Below are positions 1 through 9,555 of a stretch of DNA of 64,000 bases, one piece after another. Numbering within the stretch: the stretch's first letter is position 1; each line of letters begins with the position of its first letter. Source of the DNA: a virus. The DNA lies in the IMG/VR virus record IMGVR_UViG_3300024999_000045, positions 66,450 to 130,449 of that record, one strand, 5' to 3'. A program made the translations under genes and the position numbers. Under the pieces are notes generated by a model that saw only the letters and a program-made list of their open reading frames with translations, searched no databases and was not told where the DNA came from.

Positions 1-115
1 TTGCTGATGGTTGCGTAATATTTTGGGACGGAATAAGCAAAGGCTCAAAACACATGGCTGATTTAGCAGAAAAATATAAATTACAATTAAAAATTATCAA
101 ATTTGAGGTGTAAAC

Positions 116-310
116 ATGAAAAAGTTATTCCATATATACCTACCAACCTTAAGACAACGAACAATTGATTTAAGACGTTGGTATTATGTAGACATAGATG
201 GTGAACGTATGGATTGGTGGGACTGTGAATGTTGCATAAAGGATACTAAAGAAAGATATCCAGAAGCTAAATTCACAAAAATACCATTATATAAAACAAT
301 ATTAAAATAA
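116..310 (+). CDS. Hypothetical phage protein (64 aa)
   Basis: ORF track; GAGGTG RBS upstream. Confidence 0.6.
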   Translation: MKKLFHIYLPTLRQRTIDLRRWYYVDIDGERMDWWDCECCIKDTKERYPEAKFTKIPLYKTILK

Positions 311-324
311 TTAGAGGTGTTTAT

Positions 325-705
325 ATGTTTACAAAACCAATTCATGGCTGGACTACATTACAAATAGAAGGTTATAAATTCTCAGCAAGTTATTTAACTG
401 ACGTTCCAAATGATTGTATAGATGCATTTTATGGATTAAAAAACAACAGACCAACAACAATATTCTTCGATGATGAAGGTAAAGAATGTTATTTAATTTG
501 TGATACCTATACAAGTTATGTAATTTATATTGATGATTACAATAAAACAAAAGTTATTGAATTTAATAAAGGAATTAAAGAATTAGCACAAGAATTTATA
601 AATAATATTGAAGAAAACTTTGAAGATTGGCAACTTTGGGAATGTTATCACAATGAATTATTAGAAATTGATCTTACTGAATTAAAAGAACTTCTAAAAG
701 TTTAA
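325..705 (+). CDS. Hypothetical phage protein (126 aa)
   Basis: ORF track; GAGGTG RBS upstream. Confidence 0.7.
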   Translation: MFTKPIHGWTTLQIEGYKFSASYLTDVPNDCIDAFYGLKNNRPTTIFFDDEGKECYLICDTYTSYVIYIDDYNKTKVIEFNKGIKELAQEFINNIEENFEDWQLWECYHNELLEIDLTELKELLKV

Positions 706-723
706 ATACAATAAATGTTTCGT

Positions 724-1227
724 TTAAAGTTTATTTATTAATTTATTTAAGTGATTTTCTATTTTTTTAAAGTCGATTTTTTGTTTCTCATTATTAAAAT
801 ATAATTCAATATAGTCTTTATGCAAGTACATTTTAGCATATTCTAAACATAAAAAAATTGTCATATTTAATAAATTTTCTTCTTCTATATTTTGAGGATT
901 ATGTTTTACCTTTCTTTTAATTTTTTTATATACCTTTTTATTCTGGATTATATTTGTTGTATTGAGTTCTGATATTTTTATTTTTAATAACTCTATTTGT
1001 CGGGTATCAGTTTCTATATTATCACTATTCCCTAACAAATAATTATTATTTATTCCAAAAGCACTAGATAATATTTTTACTTCAATATCCGTTGGTGATT
1101 CTAAGCCACAAATATATTTATCTATTTGAGTTTGTTCTATATTAGAAATTTGTGCTAATAAATTAGTATTTAGATTATATTTAAATAATTCATGTTTTAA
1201 TCTTTTAATAAATATTTCTTTATTCAT
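724..1227 (-). CDS. XRE-like helix-turn-helix transcriptional regulator
   Basis: N-terminal LAQISNIEQTQIDKYICGLESPT...LSSAFGINNNYLLG matches the XRE HTH pattern; start moved to MNKEIF after a GAGGTG RBS. Confidence 0.65.
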   Translation of the reverse strand: MNKEIFIKRLKHELFKYNLNTNLLAQISNIEQTQIDKYICGLESPTDIEVKILSSAFGINNNYLLGNSDNIETDTRQIELLKIKISELNTTNIIQNKKVYKKIKRKVKHNPQNIEEENLLNMTIFLCLEYAKMYLHKDYIELYFNNEKQKIDFKKIENHLNKLINKL

Positions 1228-1312
1228 AAAATCACCTCTAATATAGAATACCATATTTTATATTACAATAAAACTAATTAAATAAAAATTATATTTGAAA
1301 GAGGTGGGATGC

Positions 1313-1474
1313 ATGAGTTATATTCCAGAAAGTCCATTATGTATGCTTATAGGGTTGGCGGATTGGTCGCAAAACGAATTAAAGAATGGAAGTAGAATTA
1401 AAGCTAGTAAAATACATAGAGTGTTAAAAAGAATAAATAAAAGAAGAAAAGATCATGGTTTAGTACATTTTTAA
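1313..1474 (+). CDS. Small hypothetical protein (53 aa, MSYIPESPLC...), not in the ORF track
   Basis: Translated by hand; GAGGTGG RBS upstream. Confidence 0.5.
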   Translation: MSYIPESPLCMLIGLADWSQNELKNGSRIKASKIHRVLKRINKRRKDHGLVHF

Positions 1475-1516
1475 TTTAAATGAAATTAACTTTTTAATTT
1501 AAAAAGGAGATATAAA

Positions 1517-1630
1517 ATGGCAATATATGTTGGATTTATGATTTGCGACAACTGCAATGTACATTCAAATTGGGGTGAAAGTTGGCACTGCCCTTTTTGT
1601 GGATGTGAAGAAGGTAAAAGAGATGAATAA
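1517..1630 (+). CDS. Small CxxC...CxxC zinc-finger protein (37 aa), not in the ORF track
   Basis: MAIYVGFMICDNCNVHSNWGESWHCPFCGCEEGKRDE; AAGGAG RBS; stop overlaps the next start. Confidence 0.6.
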   Translation: MAIYVGFMICDNCNVHSNWGESWHCPFCGCEEGKRDE

Positions 1631-2024
1631 AAATAATAAATATTGGATTCTAACATGCTTTATAGGAATAGTTATAATATACTCGCTTTGCATGTATCTA
1701 ATGGTTAAAAATTTAGAAATACCTACGAGAAACTCTCTTACAATAATTCAGCCTAATATTCAAAACTTTTATAAAACAATTGATGTTCAAATAACAGATA
1801 TTCAAACAGTTTGGGCAGATAATAGAATAAAAAAATATAAAATTTTAGTATGGAATGAAGAATATAATTTAGAACAAACATTTTACATAAGCAATTGGGA
1901 TAGGTATGGTTACGAATTAGAGAGTGGCCAACTAAATAAAAAAGATATAATAAAAGCTGAATTATTATCAAAAGTTTTAGAGGACAAAGTAATATCAAGA
2001 AATATTGAACAATTAGGATATTAA
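1623..2024 (+). CDS. Hypothetical protein with an N-terminal transmembrane segment
   Basis: ORF track 1557..2024; likely start MNKNNKYW overlapping the upstream stop; hydrophobic stretch ILTCFIGIVIIYSLCMYLMV. Confidence 0.6.
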   Translation: MNKNNKYWILTCFIGIVIIYSLCMYLMVKNLEIPTRNSLTIIQPNIQNFYKTIDVQITDIQTVWADNRIKKYKILVWNEEYNLEQTFYISNWDRYGYELESGQLNKKDIIKAELLSKVLEDKVISRNIEQLGY

Positions 2025-2034
2025 GGAGAAAATT

Positions 2035-2364
2035 ATGTGCAGAGGAACAACGAATAGTAAAGATGTATATTTAATAAAAGTATCAGAAGAAACAAAGAAA
2101 AGATTGTCCAGAACTAATCCTAAATGGATAGATGGCCACGGTGGAATAATAGTAGATTTGTGTATTGGTAAAGAAGTTGAATATTTAGTAAATCATAGGG
2201 TAATTACTTTAGGTTGTTGTTGTGGACATGGCATAGAAAAAGCTGAATGTTTAATAGATAGTTCAAGTAAAGAATTATGTGAAATCTTAGGTTATCACGC
2301 ACACGAATATAGTAAAGAACATACAGAAAATAATATATTGGAAATATATTTAAAGAATATTTAA
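2035..2364 (+). CDS. Hypothetical Cys/His-rich protein (LGCCCGHG motif)
   Basis: ORF track; AAGGAG RBS. Confidence 0.65.
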   Translation: MCRGTTNSKDVYLIKVSEETKKRLSRTNPKWIDGHGGIIVDLCIGKEVEYLVNHRVITLGCCCGHGIEKAECLIDSSSKELCEILGYHAHEYSKEHTENNILEIYLKNI

Positions 2365-2396
2365 ATAAAACTAATTTTTTATCAAAAGAGAGGAAG

Positions 2397-2597
2397 ATGA
2401 ATATGAATAAACAAGAAGAGTTATTTAATAGATTTAAAAGTTTAGGACTTAGATTAACTAGTTTAGGTTCATTTGTTCAAAATGAAGGGTTTAATCCAAC
2501 GTCTGAACAATTACTTGAGTTTGTAAACTTAACAAATGAAAATTTAAGTGATTTAAATAAATTAAGAGAAGATGTGTTAAGATTTTACCAAAACTAG
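2397..2597 (+). CDS. Hypothetical protein (66 aa)
   Basis: ORF track; GAGG RBS. Confidence 0.6.
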   Translation: MNMNKQEELFNRFKSLGLRLTSLGSFVQNEGFNPTSEQLLEFVNLTNENLSDLNKLREDVLRFYQN

Positions 2598-2713
2598 ATT
2601 TAAACGTATATTTTGAAAAATCAAAAAATCAAGAATGTAGTAATAGCAAGGGTTGTAGGGTTTGCATATTTGAATAAAAGAATCATTTTACATAAATAAA
2701 AGGAGGAAACTAT

Positions 2714-2956
2714 ATGATATATATAAATTGTTTAATATTTTTAATATTAGGAATATGTATAGGGTTATTAATAAAAGAATTAAAAAAACCAAAACAATAT
2801 ACATTTTGTTATTGTCCAGAATGTAAAAATGAACTTTGTGGGAGTGATAGTTTTATAGGTTACACCAAAGACGGATTAGTGCTTTATAAGTGTTCTAAGT
2901 GTGAAAAGGAAACTAAGTGGTATTTTGATACACCGGCACCATTTATTATAGATTAA
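2714..2956 (+). CDS. Membrane-anchored zinc-ribbon protein
   Basis: N-terminal hydrophobic helix, CPEC...CSKC; AGGAGG RBS. Confidence 0.6.
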   Translation: MIYINCLIFLILGICIGLLIKELKKPKQYTFCYCPECKNELCGSDSFIGYTKDGLVLYKCSKCEKETKWYFDTPAPFIID

Positions 2957-2980
2957 ATTACTGACTTAAAGGAGATAAAT

Positions 2981-3487
2981 ATGGATATTTGGTTTATTTC
3001 AGACACACATTTTGGACATACAAATATGATTGCATATGAAAATAGACCATTTAGTTCTACTGAACAAATGAATGAAGTTTTAATTGAAAACTGGAATAAA
3101 TGTGTTAAACCAAATGATATTATTTATCACCTTGGAGACATATTTTTATGCAGCGTTGTAAAAGAAAAAGAAATTGCAAGTAGATTAAATGGAAATAAAA
3201 AGTTATTTCTAGGTAATCACGACAAAGCAACACTTACTCATTATGAAAAATTAGGATTTAATGTTTTGTGTGATAGAAATTATTCATATTATGATGATTT
3301 TAAATACAAAGACTTTAATCCAGCACTAATGCATAGACCTATATTTATAAATAATAGATTTGTTATTCATGGTCATGTACATAGTAATATTAGTGAGTAT
3401 GAGAAAACATATCCAAACTCATATAGGTGTGTAAGTGTTGAAAATATAGGGTATAAACCTATACATATTGATGAGATATTGAAATAG
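2981..3487 (+). CDS. Calcineurin-like metallophosphoesterase
   Basis: DTHFGH, GD, GNHD and HGHVH motifs. Confidence 0.9.
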   Translation: MDIWFISDTHFGHTNMIAYENRPFSSTEQMNEVLIENWNKCVKPNDIIYHLGDIFLCSVVKEKEIASRLNGNKKLFLGNHDKATLTHYEKLGFNVLCDRNYSYYDDFKYKDFNPALMHRPIFINNRFVIHGHVHSNISEYEKTYPNSYRCVSVENIGYKPIHIDEILK

Positions 3488-3525
3488 AATAAGTTTTTTA
3501 TTTAAAGATTAAAAGGAGACTAACA

Positions 3526-4815
3526 ATGGAAAATTTAAGAGAAATCAGAGAAATATTCGATTTAATTGGCTCAACACCAAGCAAGAATGAAAAGAAAGAA
3601 ATTCTTGATAAGCATAGAGACAATGAGTTATTAAAAACTATATTAAATTTCATTTATAATCCGTTCATTTTAACAGGTATATCTAGTAAGAAAATTGATA
3701 AAAAAGTGAATATGGATTGGTGTCACGCAGCTACGATAGATAATAATATTACAAGTCTTATAAATTATCTAACTTTAAATAATACTGGTAAAGACGAAGA
3801 TATAGTTGCGTTAAAAGTTTTTATTAGAAAACAAACTGAGGAATCACAGGAATTTATAAGAGGAATTATAACTAAAAACATAAAAGTTGGTATGACTTCA
3901 TCAACAATAAATAAGGTTTTTGGTAAAGATTTTATACCTGAGTTCAAGGTTATGTTAGCGGAGAAATATAAAGACTATAAAGATAAATTAACTGGTGATT
4001 TTATAGTTACACAGAAGCTTGACGGAGTAAGATCAGTTTTTATCAAAGAAAATGGTAGTGTTAAAGTATTTAGTAGGCAAGGTCAACCTATTGAAGATTT
4101 AATTGAACTACTACCTGAATTTGAAAATTTCCCAGATAACACTGTATTTGATGGTGAATTATTAGCAGTTAATAACGAAAACTTAGATAGCAAAACTCTT
4201 TATAGAAAGACTGTTAAAATAACTCAATCAAAAGGTAATAAAACTGGAGTTGAATTCCATGCTTTTGATATGGTGCCACTAGAAGATTTTAAGCAAGGAA
4301 AATCAAATATTATATGTATAGTAAGAAAAAGAGGGCTTGAGTCTTTATTAGATTCAGGATATAAGTATATTAAATACGTTCCAGTGTTATATTATGGAAA
4401 TGATAAAAGTAAAATAGAGCCATTATTACAAAAGGCGAGAAATGAAGGCAACGAAGGGATTATGGTTAATTTAGCAAATGCACCTTATAGTTGCAAAAGA
4501 ACAAAAGATATTCTTAAGGTTAAAATTATGGAAAGCGTTGACTTGAAAGTTACAGGATATGAAGAAGGTGATAATAAATATACTGGAATGCTAGGTGCTT
4601 TAGTTGTAGATTATAAAGGATTTACTCTTAAAGTTGGTGGTGGTTATACAGATGTTGATAGAGTTGAAATATGGAAAAATAGAGATGATATGATTGGAAA
4701 AATTATTGAAGTGAGTTATTTTGAAGAAAGTGAGAACGAAAGAGGGGGTCTTAGTTTACGCTTTCCTGTTTATAAAGGGGTAAGAAATGACAAGACTTCG
4801 CCTTCATATAATTAA
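3526..4815 (+). CDS. lig: ATP-dependent DNA ligase
   Basis: Adenylation motif QKLDGVR, FDGEL, EGIMV, C-terminal OB fold (VGGG...LRFPVY). Confidence 0.93.
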   Translation: MENLREIREIFDLIGSTPSKNEKKEILDKHRDNELLKTILNFIYNPFILTGISSKKIDKKVNMDWCHAATIDNNITSLINYLTLNNTGKDEDIVALKVFIRKQTEESQEFIRGIITKNIKVGMTSSTINKVFGKDFIPEFKVMLAEKYKDYKDKLTGDFIVTQKLDGVRSVFIKENGSVKVFSRQGQPIEDLIELLPEFENFPDNTVFDGELLAVNNENLDSKTLYRKTVKITQSKGNKTGVEFHAFDMVPLEDFKQGKSNIICIVRKRGLESLLDSGYKYIKYVPVLYYGNDKSKIEPLLQKARNEGNEGIMVNLANAPYSCKRTKDILKVKIMESVDLKVTGYEEGDNKYTGMLGALVVDYKGFTLKVGGGYTDVDRVEIWKNRDDMIGKIIEVSYFEESENERGGLSLRFPVYKGVRNDKTSPSYN

Positions 4816-4868
4816 ACGAAATTAATCTTTTATTGAAATAAAAATATAATAACAGAGGAGAATGAAAA

Positions 4869-5979
4869 ATGGAATTTGTTTTAACAAAAATATCAGGTAT
4901 TGATGATGCAATGGTTTCTTTAAGAATGTCGAAGAGGGCATATACTAAAGAAGTTTCAAATGATTTACGTGAATTAGTTAGAAATAATCTAGATAACAAT
5001 GGATTTGCAACAAAAGAATTAGATGAACGATACATACAAGAGTTAAAAAAATTAGAGAAATATGGTATAGAATTTAATCATAACGTGCTTTTAAAGTTTA
5101 TTGATTTTACAATTGAAACTACTGGTCTACATAGAGGTGCTCAGGATTAATTATTTTACTAATTAGTAGAATATAACGGTCGTCTTAATTAGAAATAATT
5201 AAGATTACGAGGTGGTGAACCTGCAAATGCAGGGTGTGGTACAAATGTACTGCTAACGGTGAACACCTAAGCTCCCAATGGGAGTATGGCAATACCGTGT
5301 GAAGCACTTTATATAAAGTGAACATGTAACGACTATTCCAAAGGGAAGTAGTTTGTAGGCGAAATTCCTACTTACGAAGCGCCACCCACCTTAACGTAAA
5401 GACGAAGGTGAAGAGATAGTCTATTCCCTGATAAATATCTCGAAAGAGAGGGTATAAAAGGATCTTGATGCACATGCCCAACGTATGAATAATAGAATAG
5501 TTCGTTCATCAACAAGGCTTGCTAGATTTGAACAAGGTGAAAAATCAGATTATTATAAAGATAAAATCCTATTCTTTGATGAAGTTATGGATTTCCCAAA
5601 TGCAATAACTAATAATGATGGATTGGAATATATAAAAGCACCTTATGGATATGTAAGAAAAGATTTAAGAGAAGATAATGATGTTTTACGAGGTAATTAT
5701 CCATTATCAATTCCTTCTGATTGTATATGGAAATGTGATTATCCAAGTCTAAAGCATATATATAAAATGAGAAATAAATTTAGTCATGCTAATCCAGAAC
5801 TAAGAGATGGAATTGAAATGTTAGCAAACCAAATTGAAGCACAACTTCCTATATTGGGTAAATATATCAGACATGATTTAGCACGAACACAAGAAGGAGT
5901 GCAACCTACACATTGTATGGATACAGTAACTATCTCAAAAGAATATTTAAAATCATTAGAAAGAGCTGATAATAAATGA
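4869..5979 (+). CDS. Divergent ThyX-like (flavin-dependent thymidylate synthase fold) protein, about 265 aa, split by a group I intron; exons 4869-5147 and 5461-5979
   Basis: Removing 5148-5460 joins ...GLHRGAQD to DLDAHAQRMNNRIVRSSTRL in frame; motifs align with ThyX (FTI.G.SR..., H...SxR, L.h...lR....A..E.R) but the RHR motif is not canonical. Confidence 0.6.
5148..5460 (+). mobile_element. Group I intron without ORF (313 nt) in the ThyX-like gene
   Basis: Exon ends in U (GAT) and intron ends in G (...GGTATAAAAG); core P7 AACGACTA / AAGAGATAGTC; in-frame exon joining. Confidence 0.9.
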
Positions 5980-6527
5980 TAAATTTATTTTTGGATTTAG
6001 ATGCAACTATTGTAGACTCATCAAAAGCATATTGTGCCGTATATAATACATATTATTCACACTTAGAAGGATTTAAACCAGCAGACCATACAAAAGTGTA
6101 TCAATATAACTTCTCAGATGAATGTCTATTAGCCTTACAAGATAAAAGTAAAATATTTGGGAATCAAGACTTCTTTGATAATTTAATATTATTCGAAAAT
6201 GCTTATGAAGTTTTATTATCATTAAAAGATAAATATAACATTATTATTTGCACTTTAGGTGATAATGACAATATTTCACTCAAATCACAGTGGATTAAAG
6301 AAAACTTGCCATTTGTTAATAACTGTATATTCATTAATAGCAATGGTATTAATAGTAAAAGTATAGTAGATATGTCTGGTGGTATATTTATTGATGACCA
6401 CCAGGACAATTTATTTAGTAGTAATGCAGAATATAAATATTGTTATGGTGAAGTTAAAGGTTGGAATGATAAATGGGATGGTATTAGGTTAGAAAATTGG
6501 TTAGAAATTAAAGAGTGTGCACTATGA
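5976..6527 (+). CDS. HAD-superfamily 5'(3')-deoxyribonucleotidase-like protein
   Basis: DLDATI motif I and FIDD motif IV. Confidence 0.8.
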   Translation: MINLFLDLDATIVDSSKAYCAVYNTYYSHLEGFKPADHTKVYQYNFSDECLLALQDKSKIFGNQDFFDNLILFENAYEVLLSLKDKYNIIICTLGDNDNISLKSQWIKENLPFVNNCIFINSNGINSKSIVDMSGGIFIDDHQDNLFSSNAEYKYCYGEVKGWNDKWDGIRLENWLEIKECAL

Positions 6528-6964
6528 AAATAAATATAATAATTAACAAACAAATTATGAAATTATATGAAGACGATTATTTTATATTATATCCAAGAAG
6601 AAGAAAATTTCCTAAATACTTTAATAATCCCATACCAATGTCTCTTAATAAATTTATAGCAATGAAGCGCATGGCTCAGAATGATGTTAAACAAAAATAT
6701 AAATATTTCGCGATATGGTTAGCAAAATATTATAATATAGAAAATTTAAATTTAAAAAAAGCGATATTTACATATAGTTTTTATTTTGGAAACAAACAAA
6801 GGCATGATATAGATAATTACACACTTACACAGAAAATACTCGGAGACGGGTTTGTAGAAGCAAATGTTTTAGAAGATGATAATAGTAATAATTTATGGTT
6901 AAAATTTAATCCTTTTCAATACGATAAAGAAAATCCAAGAGTAGAAATATTCATAGAAAGTTAG
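6524..6964 (+). CDS. rusA: RusA-like Holliday junction resolvase
   Basis: DIDN...K...DG...DD catalytic pattern and C-terminal ENPRVEIFI. Confidence 0.75.
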   Translation: MKINIIINKQIMKLYEDDYFILYPRRRKFPKYFNNPIPMSLNKFIAMKRMAQNDVKQKYKYFAIWLAKYYNIENLNLKKAIFTYSFYFGNKQRHDIDNYTLTQKILGDGFVEANVLEDDNSNNLWLKFNPFQYDKENPRVEIFIES

Positions 6965-6971
6965 GATATAT

Positions 6972-8117
6972 ATGTCTAAAAAGTATACCATACAAGAAAT
7001 AAAAGATTATTTAAAGATATTTAATTGCAAATTATTAATAGAAGAATATAAAGATGTATTTTCGAAATTAAAAATAGAATGCTCTTGTAAAAATATATTT
7101 TATAGAGGGTTTAAAGACTTTAAATCAAGTGGCGGGACATGTAATATATGTACACAAAAAAATACAAATAATAAAACAAAATTAGATAAAAATATTGTAA
7201 AAAGTACAATTAATAAAATGGGCTATGAATTAAAGTCTTTAGACTATATTAATGCTAATTCAAAAATAGAAATAGAATCATATGAGGGTTATAAATATAA
7301 AGTTGTTTATGGTAGTCTACAACAAAGTCACATTCCAGACGCTTTTTCTATAACTAACCCTTTTTCTATTTATAATATTAATATATGGACAGAAAAAAAT
7401 ATTAAACCGTTTTTATTAATATCCTATAAATTTTTAGGTTCAAATTCAAAATTAACTTGGGCATGTAAAATATGTGGTGAAAACTGGGACGCAACATGGT
7501 CAAGTATTTATTCTAGTAAAAGTGGGTGCCCATATTGTGTTAATCAAAAAGTTAGTAAAAATAATAATTTATCAATTACTCACCCAAATTTATTAGAAGA
7601 GTGGCATTATACTAAAAATAAAAAGTCACCAAATTTATATACTCATGGTAGTGATTCTATAGTGTGGTGGGAGTGTAATACTTGTAGGTTTGAATGGAAA
7701 GCACGAATTGCCAACAGGACTAATGGGCGAAATTGCCCAAATTGTATGTTGTCTAAAGGTGAATTAAAAATATATGAATATTTAAAGAAAAATAATATCA
7801 ATTTTGAACAACAATATGAGTTTAATGATTTATTATCAGAACTAGGAAATCCACTAAAATTTGATTTTGTTATATTTAATAATAATGATAACATTAGCTG
7901 CTTAATCGAATTCGATGGAATACAACATTTTAAACCCGTAGACTATTTTGGTGGCGAAAAAGGGTTTATGGCACAACAAATCAGTGATGAAAGTAAAAAT
8001 GAGTATTGCAAAAACAACAATATTAAACTTAAAAGAATATCTTATTTAGAATTTGATAATATTGAAGAAATATTAACATACTTAATAAAAGAGTGTAATA
8101 TGCCTTGGATAAAATAA
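6972..8117 (+). CDS. Free-standing putative homing endonuclease (zinc-ribbon repeats plus C-terminal PD-(D/E)xK/DUF559-like domain)
   Basis: WACKICG..W, CPYC, VWWECNTC, CPNC; SKGE...FDF...IEFDGIQHF. Confidence 0.8.
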   Translation: MSKKYTIQEIKDYLKIFNCKLLIEEYKDVFSKLKIECSCKNIFYRGFKDFKSSGGTCNICTQKNTNNKTKLDKNIVKSTINKMGYELKSLDYINANSKIEIESYEGYKYKVVYGSLQQSHIPDAFSITNPFSIYNINIWTEKNIKPFLLISYKFLGSNSKLTWACKICGENWDATWSSIYSSKSGCPYCVNQKVSKNNNLSITHPNLLEEWHYTKNKKSPNLYTHGSDSIVWWECNTCRFEWKARIANRTNGRNCPNCMLSKGELKIYEYLKKNNINFEQQYEFNDLLSELGNPLKFDFVIFNNNDNISCLIEFDGIQHFKPVDYFGGEKGFMAQQISDESKNEYCKNNNIKLKRISYLEFDNIEEILTYLIKECNMPWIK

Positions 8118-8152
8118 AAACATAAAAACAAAATAAATTTACTCTTTATGTA

Positions 8153-8211
8153 TTGACATTATTTGTTATATAATATATTATATTTATATTGAATATGACA
8201 AATAATGTCAA
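8153..8211 (+). promoter_or_regulatory. sigmaA-type promoter of the agr-like operon with two inverted TGACA-N5-TGTCA-type operator copies
   Basis: TTGACA 8153-8158, 17 bp, TATTAT 8176-8181; 8153-8168 matches the reverse complement of 8196-8211 at 15/16 positions. Confidence 0.6.
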
Positions 8212-8229
8212 CAACAAAGGAGATTCACA

Positions 8230-9555
8230 ATGTTTAAAGAGTTTTTACAGAATTTAGTGGTTAATGTGCCATATATTACATTTATGATTTTAGGTTTTAT
8301 ATTTTTATTTGGATATAGAGATAAATTTTCAAAATCAAAAGTTATAACTTATATAATGATAGGTTCAATTTTAGATAGTGTAATACAAATATATTTAGAG
8401 AAAAACGCTTATATGTTTATCAGCATTTTAATTTCTATAATTTTAATTAGAATTATGTTTAAAATAAACCCATTAGCAACAATTGTATCCTACTTAATTT
8501 TATTTTTTATAGACTTCGTTGTGCAGATAATAATGTATATTATTTTAGCATTAGGTTTTAAACTAGATATTAATATATTTTCACATCAAGTATATTTTAC
8601 CTTATGTTATATAATAGTTTGGGTTTTGGCATTATATAATATTATTAAATCTAATTTTGTAATATTAAATATGCAAAAGTATAATATATTTTCAGATAAA
8701 AAATTTAATAAATTTATTGATGATAATGTAAAAATATTACTAACAACATTTTTAATCTTTATGATAGTAAATTGTATTAATTTATTAGTATATTATTATG
8801 GATTATCAAATCATAAGTCGTTTGAACCATTAACATATCTCACCTTGTTATTTTTTAACACAATTATTTTTGCAACTATGATAATTTGGTTGATAAGTAA
8901 ATTATATTCCTTAAAACAATACCAAATAAAATACAATTTAAGAAAAAAATATTCTAAGAGCATTAAACACTTAATTAAAGGACTAAAATACGAAAAAAGA
9001 ACTTTTTCTAATTATTTAAATGTTATAAATGGATATGTATCATTAGGAAAATGTAATGAAGCTCAAGAATATATACAAAAAATACACAAATCTATTGTTA
9101 CCGATAAAAAAGATGACAAATCTGAAGATGGATTAGATATTATAAATATTATTAATTCAAAAATCATAGCAGCAGAACAAAAAAATATTAATATACAAGT
9201 AAATAATGACGCCAATATGAAAATAAATGCATTCGAAATTGAATATGCTGTTACAATAATTATTGATTTTATATTTAAATATGTTGAAGTATTGAGTATT
9301 AGTAAAAGAAATATTAATGTAAATACTTATTCTGATGACCACAATTATTCCTTAGAGTTTGATTTTACTGGAGAGCAAATACCAGAAAATTATTTATTAG
9401 ATGAAAATGAAGATTTATATATTTCAAAATACATAATCAATACCAATAATGGCAATATGCAACTAACATATGAAAAAAATGATTTCAATTTTTACAACAA
9501 AATAAAAATATTATTTCCTAAAGAAGATGGTGCAAATGAACTTATTAAATATTAA
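8230..9555 (+). CDS. agrC: AgrC-like membrane sensor with degenerate DHp and GHKL domains (predicted pseudokinase)
   Basis: About 6-7 N-terminal TM helices; EKRTFSNYLNVINGY in place of RHD.xNHL.vI.G; eroded N, G1 and G2 boxes; adjacent to agrB and agrD. Confidence 0.75.
   Translation: MFKEFLQNLVVNVPYITFMILGFIFLFGYRDKFSKSKVITYIMIGSILDSVIQIYLEKNAYMFISILISIILIRIMFKINPLATIVSYLILFFIDFVVQIIMYIILALGFKLDINIFSHQVYFTLCYIIVWVLALYNIIKSNFVILNMQKYNIFSDKKFNKFIDDNVKILLTTFLIFMIVNCINLLVYYYGLSNHKSFEPLTYLTLLFFNTIIFATMIIWLISKLYSLKQYQIKYNLRKKYSKSIKHLIKGLKYEKRTFSNYLNVINGYVSLGKCNEAQEYIQKIHKSIVTDKKDDKSEDGLDIINIINSKIIAAEQKNINIQVNNDANMKINAFEIEYAVTIIIDFIFKYVEVLSISKRNINVNTYSDDHNYSLEFDFTGEQIPENYLLDENEDLYISKYIINTNNGNMQLTYEKNDFNFYNKIKILFPKEDGANELIKY

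Noticed and set aside
8230-9555. Calling the AgrC-like gene a pseudogene
   Set aside because: The ORF is full length with no stops or frameshifts, overlaps agrB and has a good promoter and RBS; loss is focused on catalytic motifs.
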